The notes: generated by a model from the letters alone, not told the origin. Positions 10,025 through 19,543 are shown, counted from the first letter of the stretch. The stretch is DNA of 46,420 nt from Eubacteriales bacterium (GCA_045652845.1 JAZOLJ010000104.1:1-46420); one strand, 5' to 3'. Program-made: numbers and translations.

Positions 10025-12199
10025 TTAATTGTGTGCCTCGGCTTCGCTGATATAGGCGCGAATGGCACCGCGCAGATCCTCCACTGCCGTTTCAAGCGAA
10101 ACGTCGGACAGGACCGTTCCGGCGGAGTCAAAGCGTCCGCCACCGCCCAGCTTTTCAAGAATAAGCTGTACGTTGATCGTGCCGTCGGAGCGACCCGAAA
10201 TGTGCACCACGTTATCCACGACCACCAGCGCAAAGGAGGCGCATACGCCCTTTACGTTGAGGAGGCGGTCTGCTTCCTTGGCGGCGGCAACGCGGTCGTC
10301 AGCCCCTCTGCCGGTGCCGTGGCTCCACGTCAGACCAATGGTGTTTCCGTGCATCAGCGAGCAGCCCGAGAAGCTGCGCTCGCATACGTAGTCGGCATAG
10401 TCCTGGTTGAAGAAGGTGTGGACGTACTCGGCGTTCGCGCCCTTGCCAAAGAGGTAGCGCGCGGCATCAAGCGTGCGGCTGCCCGTATTGCGCGTAAAGC
10501 CGCCCGTATCCAGCATAATGCCCGAAAGCATTACGCTTGCCACCTCGTCGGATACCAGCTTGTTGTTGTCGCTTTCGTTGCCGGTCTCGCTTTGCTCAAG
10601 CATCTCGGCAACAAGCTCGGTTGCAGAGGAGGCGCCGGGATCGATGTAGTTGACGACCGGCTCGAAATCGTATTCGCCCGCTTGACGGTGGTGGTCGATA
10701 ATAGCAATCTTGCCCGACACCTGCCGCACGCTGTCGGCAACCTCGGGAGATTCAATAATGCGCAAATTGTTGGCATCCGTGATGATCAGCAGCGTGCCGG
10801 AGCGAATGAGATCAAGCCCCTTATGCCCCGAGATAAACATGTCGCTATACACCTTCGAGAGGGTCAGGCGCTCGGTGGCAATGCGGAAATTGGCGTTGTC
10901 AAGATCCATGATGATCTTGGTGGGAATGCCCGCAAGAAGTCCCAGCTGTGCCACGCCCACGCAGGAGCCGATCGAGTCAAAGTCGGGGTTGCGGTGACCC
11001 ATGATCAGCAAATTATCCGCCTCGGAGATCTTGGTCAGCAGGTAGTTGGCAACCACGCGAGATTGCACGCGTGAGCGACGCTGGAAGGGGCGTGTTTGAC
11101 CGCCGTAGTAGCGAATGCCGTCACGGCGGCGTACGGCAACCTGGTCGCCGCCGCGCTGCAGGGCCATGTCAAGCGCGGAGTTTGCCTCCCTTGCGCGCTC
11201 TGCCATGGTGCAGTCGTCAAGCGAAACGCCGATGGAAACGGTTACGGGAATGCCGTACTCGCCAAGGCGGATGTCGCGGATGCGGTCAAGCAGGGCGCTG
11301 AATTTATCCTCCTCGCAAAGGCGCAGCTTTTCCTGTGAGAAAAACATGATGTAACGGTCGCGCTCGTATTCGCGCAAAAAGCCGTTCATGTTTGCCGCCC
11401 ACTGGATCAGCACGTCGTCTACCTTACGCGAGGCATCACGGTAATTGGCGTGCGTGTACTGCGTCAGCTCCTCAAGGTTATCTACGTCAATGTAGGCAAC
11501 CGCAGGCATATCGCGCTCCATTTTTTCTTTTAGGTTTAAAAGCTCGGAGGCGTCGGTGAAGGTTAGGAGATAACCGATGCGGTCATGCAGGGTCATGGCA
11601 TAGGCGCGCGCCACGTAGCGACCGCCGTCGGGCAGGTGCACCACGGTGCCGTCGAGCATGCAGTCGGGCAGGGTTTCGGTGGGCACCTTGCTATCCTCGG
11701 ATTTGGCGGCAATGGTTTCCATTGTAAATTTGCCAAGCTCGGTTCTTGCATCCTCGCCGTTTACGCCTGCGCGAATGATCTCCTGCAGCGTCACGCCCCC
11801 GCAGAAGTCGGAAACGGTGCCGCGGTAAAAGGGATCCTCCTCGCCAAGCACCATTTGCAGCGCGCTGTTGAGTGCGCGCACGCGCCCTTGCTCGTCTACA
11901 ACGGCGTAAGGCAGCCCCACGGCATATTTAAACATATTGTGCATTTTCGTGTTGAGGGTTTCAAACATGATCTCCTCGCCGCGCTGCTTATGCTCCTTTA
12001 AAAGGAAAAACAGGCAGGCAAGCAGACCGAACGTGAGATAAGCGCCAAGAAAGATCAGCGCGGCGCGTGCCGTGAGTGGCACGGGGGCAAGCTGCGATGC
12101 GGCAATATATACGCCGAAAAACAAAAGCCCAAGCGCGAGCACAACGATCATCGGAATGGCTATGCCCGTACGGCGACGAGTCTCGGATTGTTTTTGCAT
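10025..12199 (-). CDS. gdpP: Cyclic-di-AMP phosphodiesterase GdpP (YybT) family: 2 TM, PAS-like, degenerate GGDEF, DHH/DHHA1
   Basis: N-terminal TMs, ALQRGGDQV, MGHRNPDFDSIG, IIDHHR, ASSATELV, GIMLDT, ISGRS; located upstream of rplI-dnaB. Confidence 0.88.
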   Translation of the reverse strand: MQKQSETRRRTGIAIPMIVVLALGLLFFGVYIAASQLAPVPLTARAALIFLGAYLTFGLLACLFFLLKEHKQRGEEIMFETLNTKMHNMFKYAVGLPYAVVDEQGRVRALNSALQMVLGEEDPFYRGTVSDFCGGVTLQEIIRAGVNGEDARTELGKFTMETIAAKSEDSKVPTETLPDCMLDGTVVHLPDGGRYVARAYAMTLHDRIGYLLTFTDASELLNLKEKMERDMPAVAYIDVDNLEELTQYTHANYRDASRKVDDVLIQWAANMNGFLREYERDRYIMFFSQEKLRLCEEDKFSALLDRIRDIRLGEYGIPVTVSIGVSLDDCTMAERAREANSALDMALQRGGDQVAVRRRDGIRYYGGQTRPFQRRSRVQSRVVANYLLTKISEADNLLIMGHRNPDFDSIGSCVGVAQLGLLAGIPTKIIMDLDNANFRIATERLTLSKVYSDMFISGHKGLDLIRSGTLLIITDANNLRIIESPEVADSVRQVSGKIAIIDHHRQAGEYDFEPVVNYIDPGASSATELVAEMLEQSETGNESDNNKLVSDEVASVMLSGIMLDTGGFTRNTGSRTLDAARYLFGKGANAEYVHTFFNQDYADYVCERSFSGCSLMHGNTIGLTWSHGTGRGADDRVAAAKEADRLLNVKGVCASFALVVVDNVVHISGRSDGTINVQLILEKLGGGGRFDSAGTVLSDVSLETAVEDLRGAIRAYISEAEAHN

Positions 12200-13371
12200 T
12201 ATTGCTCTCCTTTACTGCTTTTTGCGTGGTGATAGGCTGCGATCAACGTGCGGATCGCGCCAAGGAATGCCGTAGCCGCCAGTGCTGTGGCGGGGCTGGC
12301 CCAAACAAGATAGACAAGTGCCATCAGCAAAAGGATCGACAGGCAAGAGCGCGGTGCATCGCGCCGCAAGAGCTGCCCGAGGCCGACGAGCGCAAGCCCC
12401 GGCTCGAGAATGAGGGCAAGGTTTTGCCCTACCGCACCAGTGGGTGTGGCGGTGTCGGCATTGGCGATCAGGGCAACAAAATAGGAAATTAAAAACAAGA
12501 TCGCGGCAGTTACGCTCACGGTGGGGGTGAGCATTAGACGCGGCAGGCGCGGTAAGGTGCCGAAGGAAACAAGCAGCACCGTTAGCGTGCGCCACGTAAA
12601 GTAGGCGGTCACCATGGCGATTACGCCAAAGATGGCGGGCGAGAGGTTCACGAGCTCCGATAGCATGTTGCGGATCGCGGTTTCTGAAATTTCAATCGTT
12701 ACACCCATGTCGGCATACATGGCGCGCCCTTCCTCAAGCGTGGCGATCAGTGCATCGCCGAGAGCTTTTACAAAATCGGGTAAAAGCGATACGTTAAGCA
12801 AATTCATCAGTGCCAGCGTGACGCCCCCTGCGAGCAAAAGCCCTGCGGCAATGGCGGCTGCCAGTGCGGCAACGGCACCGGTGAAGGGCGCGCAGCGTCG
12901 CACGGCGAATGCCCCAACCAGAGCCACGGGCAGGGGCAGGAGCGTGAGCAGCGCGTTTATGGGGTCGCCGCGAAGCAGATACGCGGCAAGATAAGCCGCC
13001 ACAGGCAGGAGCATCAGCACGGCGTCGCGCACGGGGCTTTTTGCGGCAAGCAAAAGCATTGCGCCGCACGCACCGCCGAATACAATGGCGAAAAACGCGG
13101 CAGGCAGCATCATCGAGCCGGATGCGCCAAAGAGCAGCAGCGCGGGTATGGCGGGGGCAAAGAGTGAGATCAGCGTGCGCGTTTGCATATAGAAGAATAC
13201 GGCGCAAGCCGCAACGAAGAGCAGCGCGAGCGATTCGTTGGTCACAAAGGGGATCACAAGTGAGGATGCAAGGTAATATATCGCTGCTGCAAGCAGCCTT
13301 GTTGCATCGGGGCGTGTGAGCAGGCTTCGCCAAGCGGCGAGATCTGCCTTATTCAGTGCGGCACCGTTCAT
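12199..13371 (-). CDS. Polytopic membrane protein, probable YybS/DUF2232 family
   Basis: Very hydrophobic 390-aa ORF with GGAGG RBS; stop overlaps the gdpP start (TAATG); occupies the position of yybS. Family call rests mainly on synteny. Confidence 0.6.
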   Translation of the reverse strand: MNGAALNKADLAAWRSLLTRPDATRLLAAAIYYLASSLVIPFVTNESLALLFVAACAVFFYMQTRTLISLFAPAIPALLLFGASGSMMLPAAFFAIVFGGACGAMLLLAAKSPVRDAVLMLLPVAAYLAAYLLRGDPINALLTLLPLPVALVGAFAVRRCAPFTGAVAALAAAIAAGLLLAGGVTLALMNLLNVSLLPDFVKALGDALIATLEEGRAMYADMGVTIEISETAIRNMLSELVNLSPAIFGVIAMVTAYFTWRTLTVLLVSFGTLPRLPRLMLTPTVSVTAAILFLISYFVALIANADTATPTGAVGQNLALILEPGLALVGLGQLLRRDAPRSCLSILLLMALVYLVWASPATALAATAFLGAIRTLIAAYHHAKSSKGEQ

Positions 13372-13409
13372 GGCGTTACCTCCTGCAAAATCTAATATTC
13401 TAATTTAAT

Positions 13410-13438
13410 ATTATAACATACATTTTGAAGATTGTAAA
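13410..13438 (-). promoter_or_regulatory. SigmaA-type promoter of the yybS-gdpP-rplI-dnaB-tilS-ftsH run
   Basis: Minus strand TTTACA-17 bp-TATAAT with extended -10 TG (TGtTATAAT). Confidence 0.6.
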
Positions 13439-13538
13439 CAGGTATATTGAACGATTTGTGAAAAAAAGAGATAGAAAGGAAAATATTTCCACACTTATCG
13501 GCAATTTTACAAAAAAAGAAAAAAATTTGCATATTCTA

Positions 13539-13567
13539 TTGCAAAATGGGAAAAAGTGTGATATACT
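13539..13567 (+). promoter_or_regulatory. SigmaA-type promoter of the rimP-nusA-infB operon
   Basis: TTGCAA (13539-44), 17 bp, TATACT (13562-67) with TGn extension; A-rich UP-like sequence upstream. Confidence 0.65.
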
Positions 13568-13588
13568 ACTGACAGTTGATAGTAGGTT

Positions 13589-13622
13589 GGAGCAGGTTGG
13601 TAAGACCTGCTCCTCTTCTTTG
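13589..13622 (+). terminator. Leader hairpin / putative attenuator upstream of rimP-nusA
   Basis: 9-bp stem GGAGCAGGT/ACCTGCTCC, 7-nt loop, then imperfect U-tract TCTTCTTTG; lies between promoter and rimP RBS. Confidence 0.55.
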
Positions 13623-13657
13623 CAAACGAAAATACAAGGCAAAAAGGAGGTACTCTT

Positions 13658-14125
13658 GTGGCAACAGCAAAAAACATTGCCGAAGCAGTGCGTGCGTTGA
13701 TCACACCCGTGGCAACGGAGCTGGGGCTTACCCTGTGGGACGTGGAATTTTTGAAGGAGGGTGCACGCCGTGTGCTGCGTGTGACCATTGACAGCGACGA
13801 GGGCATCACCATTGAGGATTGCGAGCGCATGCACCGCGCCATTGACCCCGTGCTTGACGAGGCAGATCCCATTGAGGACTCCTACGACCTTGAGGTCAGC
13901 TCCCCCGGCATCGAGCGCGATCTGCGCACCGATGCACATATCGATTGGTCGGTGGGAGAGCAGGTCGAGCTGCGCTTTTTCGCGCCCGTTGGCGGCAAAA
14001 AGACGCTGCGCGGCGTTCTTGTTGGCAGGGATGAGGCAGGCAACGTTTTGCTTGAAGCAGGCGGTGAGGTGACCGCGTTTGCACGCAATGCCATCGCCAA
14101 GCTTTCAACCGTATTTGAATTTTGA
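13658..14125 (+). CDS. rimP: Ribosome maturation factor RimP
   Basis: LWDVEF..LRVTID..GITIEDCE..LDEADPI..YDLEVSSPGIER; GTG start with AAGGAGG RBS; first gene of the nusA operon. Confidence 0.95.
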   Translation: MATAKNIAEAVRALITPVATELGLTLWDVEFLKEGARRVLRVTIDSDEGITIEDCERMHRAIDPVLDEADPIEDSYDLEVSSPGIERDLRTDAHIDWSVGEQVELRFFAPVGGKKTLRGVLVGRDEAGNVLLEAGGEVTAFARNAIAKLSTVFEF

Positions 14126-14173
14126 GAATAAATTTGTGAAAGAAAAAGAAACATACAACGAAAGGATAAGATC

Positions 14174-15214
14174 ATGAGCACGAAAAGCAGCAAGGAGTCG
14201 TTTCTGAACGCACTTGACCTTCTTGAAAAGGAGAAGGGAATTCCCAAGGCATATATGCTGGAAAAGATTGAGGCAGCACTGGTATCCGCCTACCACAAGG
14301 AGTACGGTGCCAATGCCAACGTGCGTATCGTTTTTGACCTCGAGAAGGACGACGTGCGCGTATTTCAGCAAAAAACCGTTGTGGATACCGTGACCGATCC
14401 CGAAAATGAGATCTCGCTTGAGGATGCAAAGGCACTGAATAAGCGTCACACCCTCGGCAAGCTGATCGAGATCAAGGTAAAGCCCGAGAATTTCCGCCGT
14501 CTTCCGGCAGCCGCCGCAAAATCGGTTATCATTCAGAGCATTCGCGAGGGTGAACGCCGCGTGATGCAGGAGGCATATGAGAGCCAGCGTGAGGAGATCA
14601 TTACCGCAACCGTGAGTAAGATCGACCCGCAAAACGGCAACGTGGTGCTGGATACCGGCACGGGTCGCGCCGTGCTGCTGAAAAACGAGCAGATCCCCGG
14701 GGAGAGCTTTGAGGTGGATGACCGCATTAAGGTATTCGTGATGGAGGTCAACAAGGAGGCACACGGACCTCTGGTAACTCTTTCCCGTTCTCATTCGGGT
14801 CTTGTACGCCGTCTTTTCGAGCTGGAGATCCCCGAGATCGCAGACGGTGTTGTGATGATCAAGAGCGTTTCTCGCGAGGCGGGCGTGCGCAGCAAGGTTG
14901 CCGTTTACTCCCGTGACGAGAACGTAGACCCCATCGGTGCCTGCATCGGTAACCGAGGCATGCGTATCGGCGGCATCGTTGACGAGCTGCGCGGTGAAAA
15001 GATCGACATTATTCCCTATAGCGAGGCTCCCGAGGAGTTTATTGCGGCAGCACTTGCCCCTGCACGCGTGCTTTCCGTTGAGCTTACGGGCGAGCGCACC
15101 TGCCGTGTGCTGGTTGATCCCGATCAGCTTTCCCTTGCCATTGGCAGAGAGGGTCTTAACGCCCGTCTTGCAGCCAGACTCACCGGCTACAAGATCGACA
15201 TTAAGGCAGAATAA
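14174..15214 (+). CDS. nusA: Transcription termination/antitermination factor NusA
   Basis: LEKEKGI N-terminus, S1 domain, LFELEIPEI, REAGVRSKVAV, DPIGACIG, GEKIDII, LSLAIGREGLNARLAARLTGYKIDIK. Confidence 0.97.
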   Translation: MSTKSSKESFLNALDLLEKEKGIPKAYMLEKIEAALVSAYHKEYGANANVRIVFDLEKDDVRVFQQKTVVDTVTDPENEISLEDAKALNKRHTLGKLIEIKVKPENFRRLPAAAAKSVIIQSIREGERRVMQEAYESQREEIITATVSKIDPQNGNVVLDTGTGRAVLLKNEQIPGESFEVDDRIKVFVMEVNKEAHGPLVTLSRSHSGLVRRLFELEIPEIADGVVMIKSVSREAGVRSKVAVYSRDENVDPIGACIGNRGMRIGGIVDELRGEKIDIIPYSEAPEEFIAAALAPARVLSVELTGERTCRVLVDPDQLSLAIGREGLNARLAARLTGYKIDIKAE

Positions 15215-15234
15215 CCCCCAAAACGGTATAAAAA

Positions 15235-15516
15235 ATGGAACAAAAAGCAAAGAAAATGCCGGAGCGTCAATGCCTTGGCTGCAACGGGCATTTTCAAAAA
15301 AAGGAGCTGCTGCGCGTGGTGCGCGACCCCGCAGGTGCGGTGTCGCTTGATTTCACGGGCAAAAAATCGGGGCGCGGCGCGTATATTTGTAAGAGCAGTG
15401 CTTGCCTTGCAAAGGCAGAGCGCACGGGTCGCCTTGCACGCAATCTCGCGTGCGAGATCCCGCAGGACGTATTTGCCGCCATGCGCGCGGAGCTGACAGC
15501 TCATGAAGGAAATTGA
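15235..15516 (+). CDS. ylxR: YlxR (RnpM, DUF448) family RNA-binding protein
   Basis: PERQCLGC...KKELLRVVR...GKKSGRGAYIC...C; conserved position after nusA. Confidence 0.92.
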   Translation: MEQKAKKMPERQCLGCNGHFQKKELLRVVRDPAGAVSLDFTGKKSGRGAYICKSSACLAKAERTGRLARNLACEIPQDVFAAMRAELTAHEGN

Positions 15517-15853
15517 AAAAAAAGCACTTGCTTATCTCGGCTTTGCCGTGCGCGCGGGTCGCGTGGTCATTGGCGTGCCGCTGATATGCGAGGCACTGAA
15601 AAAGGCCCAACACGGGCGCGAAAATGCACCGCTTATCGTATTAGAGGCAGATGATACCTCCGCCAATACGCACAAACGGATCACCAACCGTACCACTTAT
15701 TATAATACCCCGTCGGTGCAGCTGTCGCTTGACGGTGCGGCGCTTGCCACAGCCGTGGGAAAGCGCGGCGGCACGGTGGGCGCGGTTGCCGTGACTGACG
15801 TGGGGCTTGCGGCACAGATCGCCGCACTTTACGGTATCACCCCCAAGAGATAA
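15503..15853 (+). CDS. L7Ae/YlxQ-like RNA-binding protein
   Basis: [14 protein letters not shown]...[12 protein letters not shown]...LATAVGK...[10 protein letters not shown] pattern; sits between ylxR and infB; overlaps ylxR by 14 nt. Confidence 0.8.
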   Translation: MKEIEKKALAYLGFAVRAGRVVIGVPLICEALKKAQHGRENAPLIVLEADDTSANTHKRITNRTTYYNTPSVQLSLDGAALATAVGKRGGTVGAVAVTDVGLAAQIAALYGITPKR

Positions 15854-15935
15854 CAAACGCCCCACGGGGCGGGCAGAAATTCAACTACACTTTGGAAGAG
15901 TGTTCCGCACGGACTGCGGAAGACAAGGAGGAAAT

Positions 15936-18752
15936 ATGGCTTTTAAGGTTGCACAATTAGCAAAGGATCTCGGTATCAAGAGTAAACAAATTACAGAATT
16001 GATGACCGCGCGCGGTTTTGAATGCAAAACCACGCAAAAATCGCTGGATGCAAAGGAATTTGATATTATTTTTGAGGCTTTGACGCGCGAAAGGCAGATC
16101 ACTGATATTGACGCGTATCTGTTTGGGGATACCTATATCCCGACCGTGGCGGTAGCAAAGCCCGCACGCAAAAAAGAACCTGCCGAAACGGCAGGGGAGA
16201 GTGCCGCTGCGCCCGTAGCGGACAAAAAAACTGCGCCTGAAACAGAAAAAGCAGCCCCCGAGGTGAAGTCCGCACCGAAGACGGAGACTGCAAAAGCCAC
16301 AAACGCTTCCAAAGAGATTGCAGCGGAAAAGCCCGCAAAGCAGGAAAAGACCGCACAGGCAGAAAAGGCGGAGGAGCCCAAGGTAAAGGCACCCAAGCCG
16401 GAGCCTGCAGCACGCCCCACGCCCCGCACCTACAACATTCCGCAAAATCTGCGTGATACCATTACCACGCAGCGTCCCGCTGCCACGCAGCCTGCGCGCC
16501 GCGATGCGGCAGGCATGGGTGCACGCCAGACACAGCAAGCGGGCACGCGCCCCATGGGTGACCGCCCTATGCGCCCCGATTTCGCACCCCGTGGCGGGGC
16601 ATTTGCACAGGGCAACGTAAAGCCCCAGTTTGCGCAGCCCCGTCAGGATAACCGCGCGCAGCAAAGACCGCAGCAGCAAAGAGGCGGTAACGGCGGCTTC
16701 CGTGATAAGGACGAGGGCGCAGGACGCATTGTGCGTGAGCAGTTCCGCCCGCAGGTCATTACACGTGGGCAGACCCCCAAGGGCACCGATGCTTCTGCTA
16801 AAACGCGTGGCACCCGTGTGGTGGATATGCGTGGCTCGAGCGTAGATCTTTCCAAGTACGACGAGCGTCTTGATACCTTTGTACCCGATGCCGTGCGCGA
16901 TGCACGCGGCGGCAACCAACGCTTTAAGAAGCAGCAGGTTGGCACGCACGCCTTCACGGCGGGCAAGAAGGGTGCGAAAAAAGCATCTGCACCTGCCACA
17001 AAGCAGGCACTGCACGTGACCATTCCCGAGGAGATCACCGTGAGCGAATTTGCTTCTCGCATGAAGATTGCGCCCGCTGAGGTCGTGAAAAAGCTCATGA
17101 TGATGGGCATGATGGTGACGCTCAATCAAGCCATTGATTTTGATACGGCATTCCTCATTGCCTCCGAGCTTGGTGTTGAGGCAACCAAGGAGGTCGTTGT
17201 GAGCATTGAGGAGAAGCTCTTTGACGATACCGAGGATAAAGCCGAGGACCTTATTGACCGCGCACCCGTTGTGTGTGTAATGGGTCACGTTGACCACGGT
17301 AAGACCTCACTGCTTGATGCCATTCGTCACACCAACGTGACCGCAGGCGAGGCGGGCGGCATTACCCAGCACATCGGTGCATACCGTGTGAAGGTTGACG
17401 GCAGAGATCTCACCTTCCTTGATACCCCCGGTCACGAGGCGTTTACCGCTATGCGTGCCCGCGGTGCCAAGGCAACCGATATTGCCATTCTTGTGGTAGC
17501 GGCAGATGACGGCATCATGCCCCAGACCGTTGAGGCGATCAACCACGCCAAGGCTGCTGAAATTGATATTATCGTTGCCATCAATAAGATGGATAAGCCG
17601 GGCGCAAATCCCGATGCCATTAAGCAGGAGCTTACCAAATACGATCTCGTGCCCGAGGAGTGGGGCGGCGACGTGATCTGCGTGCCGATCTCCGCACTCA
17701 AGCGCGAGGGCATTGACACTCTGCTTGAAAACGTGCTTTTGGTTGCTGATATGAAGGAGCTGAAGGCAAATCCCGACCGCCGTGCAAAGGGTATTATCAT
17801 TGAATCGAAGCTTGACCGCGGCCGCGGCCCTGTAGCAACCGTGCTGGTACAAAACGGTACGCTGAAGGGCGGCGACATCGTGATCGCAGGCACGGCAGTT
17901 GGCCGTGTGCGCACCATGTGCGACCACACGGGCAGAATGGTAAAGGAGGCAGGCCCCTCCGTGCCTGTTGAGATCGTGGGTCTTGCAGAGGTGCCTGAGG
18001 CAGGCGATGAATTTGCAGCTGTTGAGGATGAGCGCATGGCAAGAACCCTTGCCGATCAGCGCCGCGACAGGGCGAAGGAGGAGGGCTTTAAGGCAAATGC
18101 CCGCGCCAACCTCAACGACCTGTTTGCACAGATCTCCGAGGGTGTGAAGGAGCTTAATATTATTGTAAAAGCAGACGTTGCCGGCTCTGCCGAGGCAGTG
18201 AAGCAGTCGCTTGAAAAGCTTACGAATGAGGAGGTTAAGGTGCGCGTGATCCATGCCGCCGTCGGTGGTATTATCGAGGGCGACGTTATGCTTGCAGCCG
18301 CCTCCAATGCCATTATCGTTGGCTTTAACGTTCGCCCCGACAAGGCGGCGATCGACTCTGCCGAGCGCCAAAAGGTAGATATCCGTACCTACCGCATCAT
18401 CTACGAGTGCATTGAGGAGATCGAGGCGGCTATGAAGGGTATGCTGGCGCCCAAGTTCCGCGAGAACGTGATCGGTCACGCAGAGGTGCGCCAAACCATT
18501 CACGTACCGAACGTCGGCTTTATCGCAGGCTCTTACGTGCAGGACGGCAAGATCACCCGTCAGTCCCAGATTCGCGTGGTGCGCGACGGCATCGTGATCT
18601 TTGAGGATAAGATCGCGTCGCTGCGCCGCTTTAAGGATGACGTGCGTGAGGTTGCAGACGGCTACGAGTGCGGTATCGGTCTTGACCGCTTTAACGATAT
18701 TAAGGTTGGAGATATTCTCGAGGCCTTTATTATGGAGGAGATCGAGCAGTGA
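15936..18752 (+). CDS. infB: Translation initiation factor IF-2
   Basis: Start re-called at ATG 15936 (AAGGAGG RBS). IF2_N motif ([11 protein letters not shown]), low-complexity linker, G-domain [36 protein letters not shown]; C-terminal [17 protein letters not shown]. Confidence 0.97.
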   Translation: MAFKVAQLAKDLGIKSKQITELMTARGFECKTTQKSLDAKEFDIIFEALTRERQITDIDAYLFGDTYIPTVAVAKPARKKEPAETAGESAAAPVADKKTAPETEKAAPEVKSAPKTETAKATNASKEIAAEKPAKQEKTAQAEKAEEPKVKAPKPEPAARPTPRTYNIPQNLRDTITTQRPAATQPARRDAAGMGARQTQQAGTRPMGDRPMRPDFAPRGGAFAQGNVKPQFAQPRQDNRAQQRPQQQRGGNGGFRDKDEGAGRIVREQFRPQVITRGQTPKGTDASAKTRGTRVVDMRGSSVDLSKYDERLDTFVPDAVRDARGGNQRFKKQQVGTHAFTAGKKGAKKASAPATKQALHVTIPEEITVSEFASRMKIAPAEVVKKLMMMGMMVTLNQAIDFDTAFLIASELGVEATKEVVVSIEEKLFDDTEDKAEDLIDRAPVVCVMGHVDHGKTSLLDAIRHTNVTAGEAGGITQHIGAYRVKVDGRDLTFLDTPGHEAFTAMRARGAKATDIAILVVAADDGIMPQTVEAINHAKAAEIDIIVAINKMDKPGANPDAIKQELTKYDLVPEEWGGDVICVPISALKREGIDTLLENVLLVADMKELKANPDRRAKGIIIESKLDRGRGPVATVLVQNGTLKGGDIVIAGTAVGRVRTMCDHTGRMVKEAGPSVPVEIVGLAEVPEAGDEFAAVEDERMARTLADQRRDRAKEEGFKANARANLNDLFAQISEGVKELNIIVKADVAGSAEAVKQSLEKLTNEEVKVRVIHAAVGGIIEGDVMLAAASNAIIVGFNVRPDKAAIDSAERQKVDIRTYRIIYECIEEIEAAMKGMLAPKFRENVIGHAEVRQTIHVPNVGFIAGSYVQDGKITRQSQIRVVRDGIVIFEDKIASLRRFKDDVREVADGYECGIGLDRFNDIKVGDILEAFIMEEIEQ

Positions 18753-18792
18753 GGTAAGCTCACTGTGATCAGATCCAAAGGGGAGGCTTTCA

Positions 18793-19218
18793 ATGACTTG
18801 GGAAAAATCGTGCGGCGCACTGGTGGTGCGCCGCGAACAGGACAATTATTATATACTCATGATACGCCATAAGGCAGGCGGTCATCGCTCCTTCCCCAAG
18901 GGACACATGGAGGAGGGCGAAAGCGAATACGCAACCGCCCTGCGCGAGGTAATGGAGGAAACCTCCTCTCGCATTGCGATCATTTCGGATTTTCGTGCAA
19001 CTGTTAGCTACAGCCCGGGGCCCGGTGTGATGAAAGAGGTGGTGTATTTTCTCGCCTTTACCACCGAAGAGAGCATCAAGCCAAGAGAGGGAGAGATCGC
19101 CGAGGTTGAGTGGATCCCGCTTAACGAGGCGGAAAAATGCCTGACGCACGAAAACGATAAGACTGTATTTCGCGCCGCGATGGAGCGTATGCAGAATATT
19201 AGTTTTTCGATAAAGTGA
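18793..19218 (+). CDS. NUDIX hydrolase, Ap4A-hydrolase-like
   Basis: Nudix box GHMEEGESEYATALREVMEETS; N-terminal EKSCGALV and FPKG as in bis(5'-nucleosyl)-tetraphosphatase-like proteins; RBS GGGGAGG. Confidence 0.85.
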   Translation: MTWEKSCGALVVRREQDNYYILMIRHKAGGHRSFPKGHMEEGESEYATALREVMEETSSRIAIISDFRATVSYSPGPGVMKEVVYFLAFTTEESIKPREGEIAEVEWIPLNEAEKCLTHENDKTVFRAAMERMQNISFSIK

Positions 19219-19231
19219 AAGGGAAACGAGT

Positions 19232-19326
19232 GAGAAGGGAGACCCCCTTTTGAAAAATGGGGTCTCCCTTCTCTTTGTTTGCCTGCGGCAAACAAATTCA
19301 CTTTCCACTCCCGAAAACTTTAAAAA
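19232..19326 (+). repeat. Structured intergenic repeat, copy 1 (two hairpins plus tail)
   Basis: Perfect 15-bp stem GAGAAGGGAGACCCC/GGGGTCTCCCTTCTC, second stem TTTGTTTGC/GCAAACAAA, tail TTCAC...CCGAAAACTTTAAAAA; homologous to the reverse complement of 19424-19521. Confidence 0.75.
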
Positions 19327-19423
19327 GTAAATAGGGGATGTTATTTTTGTGCCGTGCGGTATCGCTTCAAGCAGAGGAAAGGTCAAAAGCACGCATTGCG
19401 TAAAAGGGGAAAGTAATATCCTT

Positions 19424-19521
19424 TTTTTGAAGGTTTTCGGCGGGGTAGGTGAATTTGCTTTTCGCTGTGGCAAAAGCAAAGAGGAAGGGGAGCCCTTTTT
19501 TGCAAAGGGGCTCCCCTTCCT
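19424..19521 (-). repeat. Structured intergenic repeat, copy 2 (inverted relative to copy 1)
   Basis: Perfect 14-bp stem AGGAAGGGGAGCCC/GGGCTCCCCTTCCT, second stem TTTGCTTTT/AAAAGCAAA, minus-strand tail TTCAC...CCGAAAACCTTCAAAAA. Confidence 0.75.
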
Positions 19522-19543
19522 TTTAGTCTTATTGCATCTTCAA

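Noticed and set aside
13400-13939. ORFs spanning the AT-rich divergent promoter region
   Set aside because: Translations reflect A/T runs, overlap promoters and rimP, and lack an evident RBS.
15854-15935. Small hairpins between the L7Ae gene and infB, and the track's 43-codon upstream extension of infB
   Set aside because: Short stems without U-tract and no recognisable RNA family; the AAGGAGG RBS supports ATG 15936.
19219-19543. CRISPR array or coding sequence in the NUDIX-asd gap
   Set aside because: Only two repeat units, inverted, no repeat-spacer periodicity and no cas genes; overlapping ORFs are translations of the palindromes.
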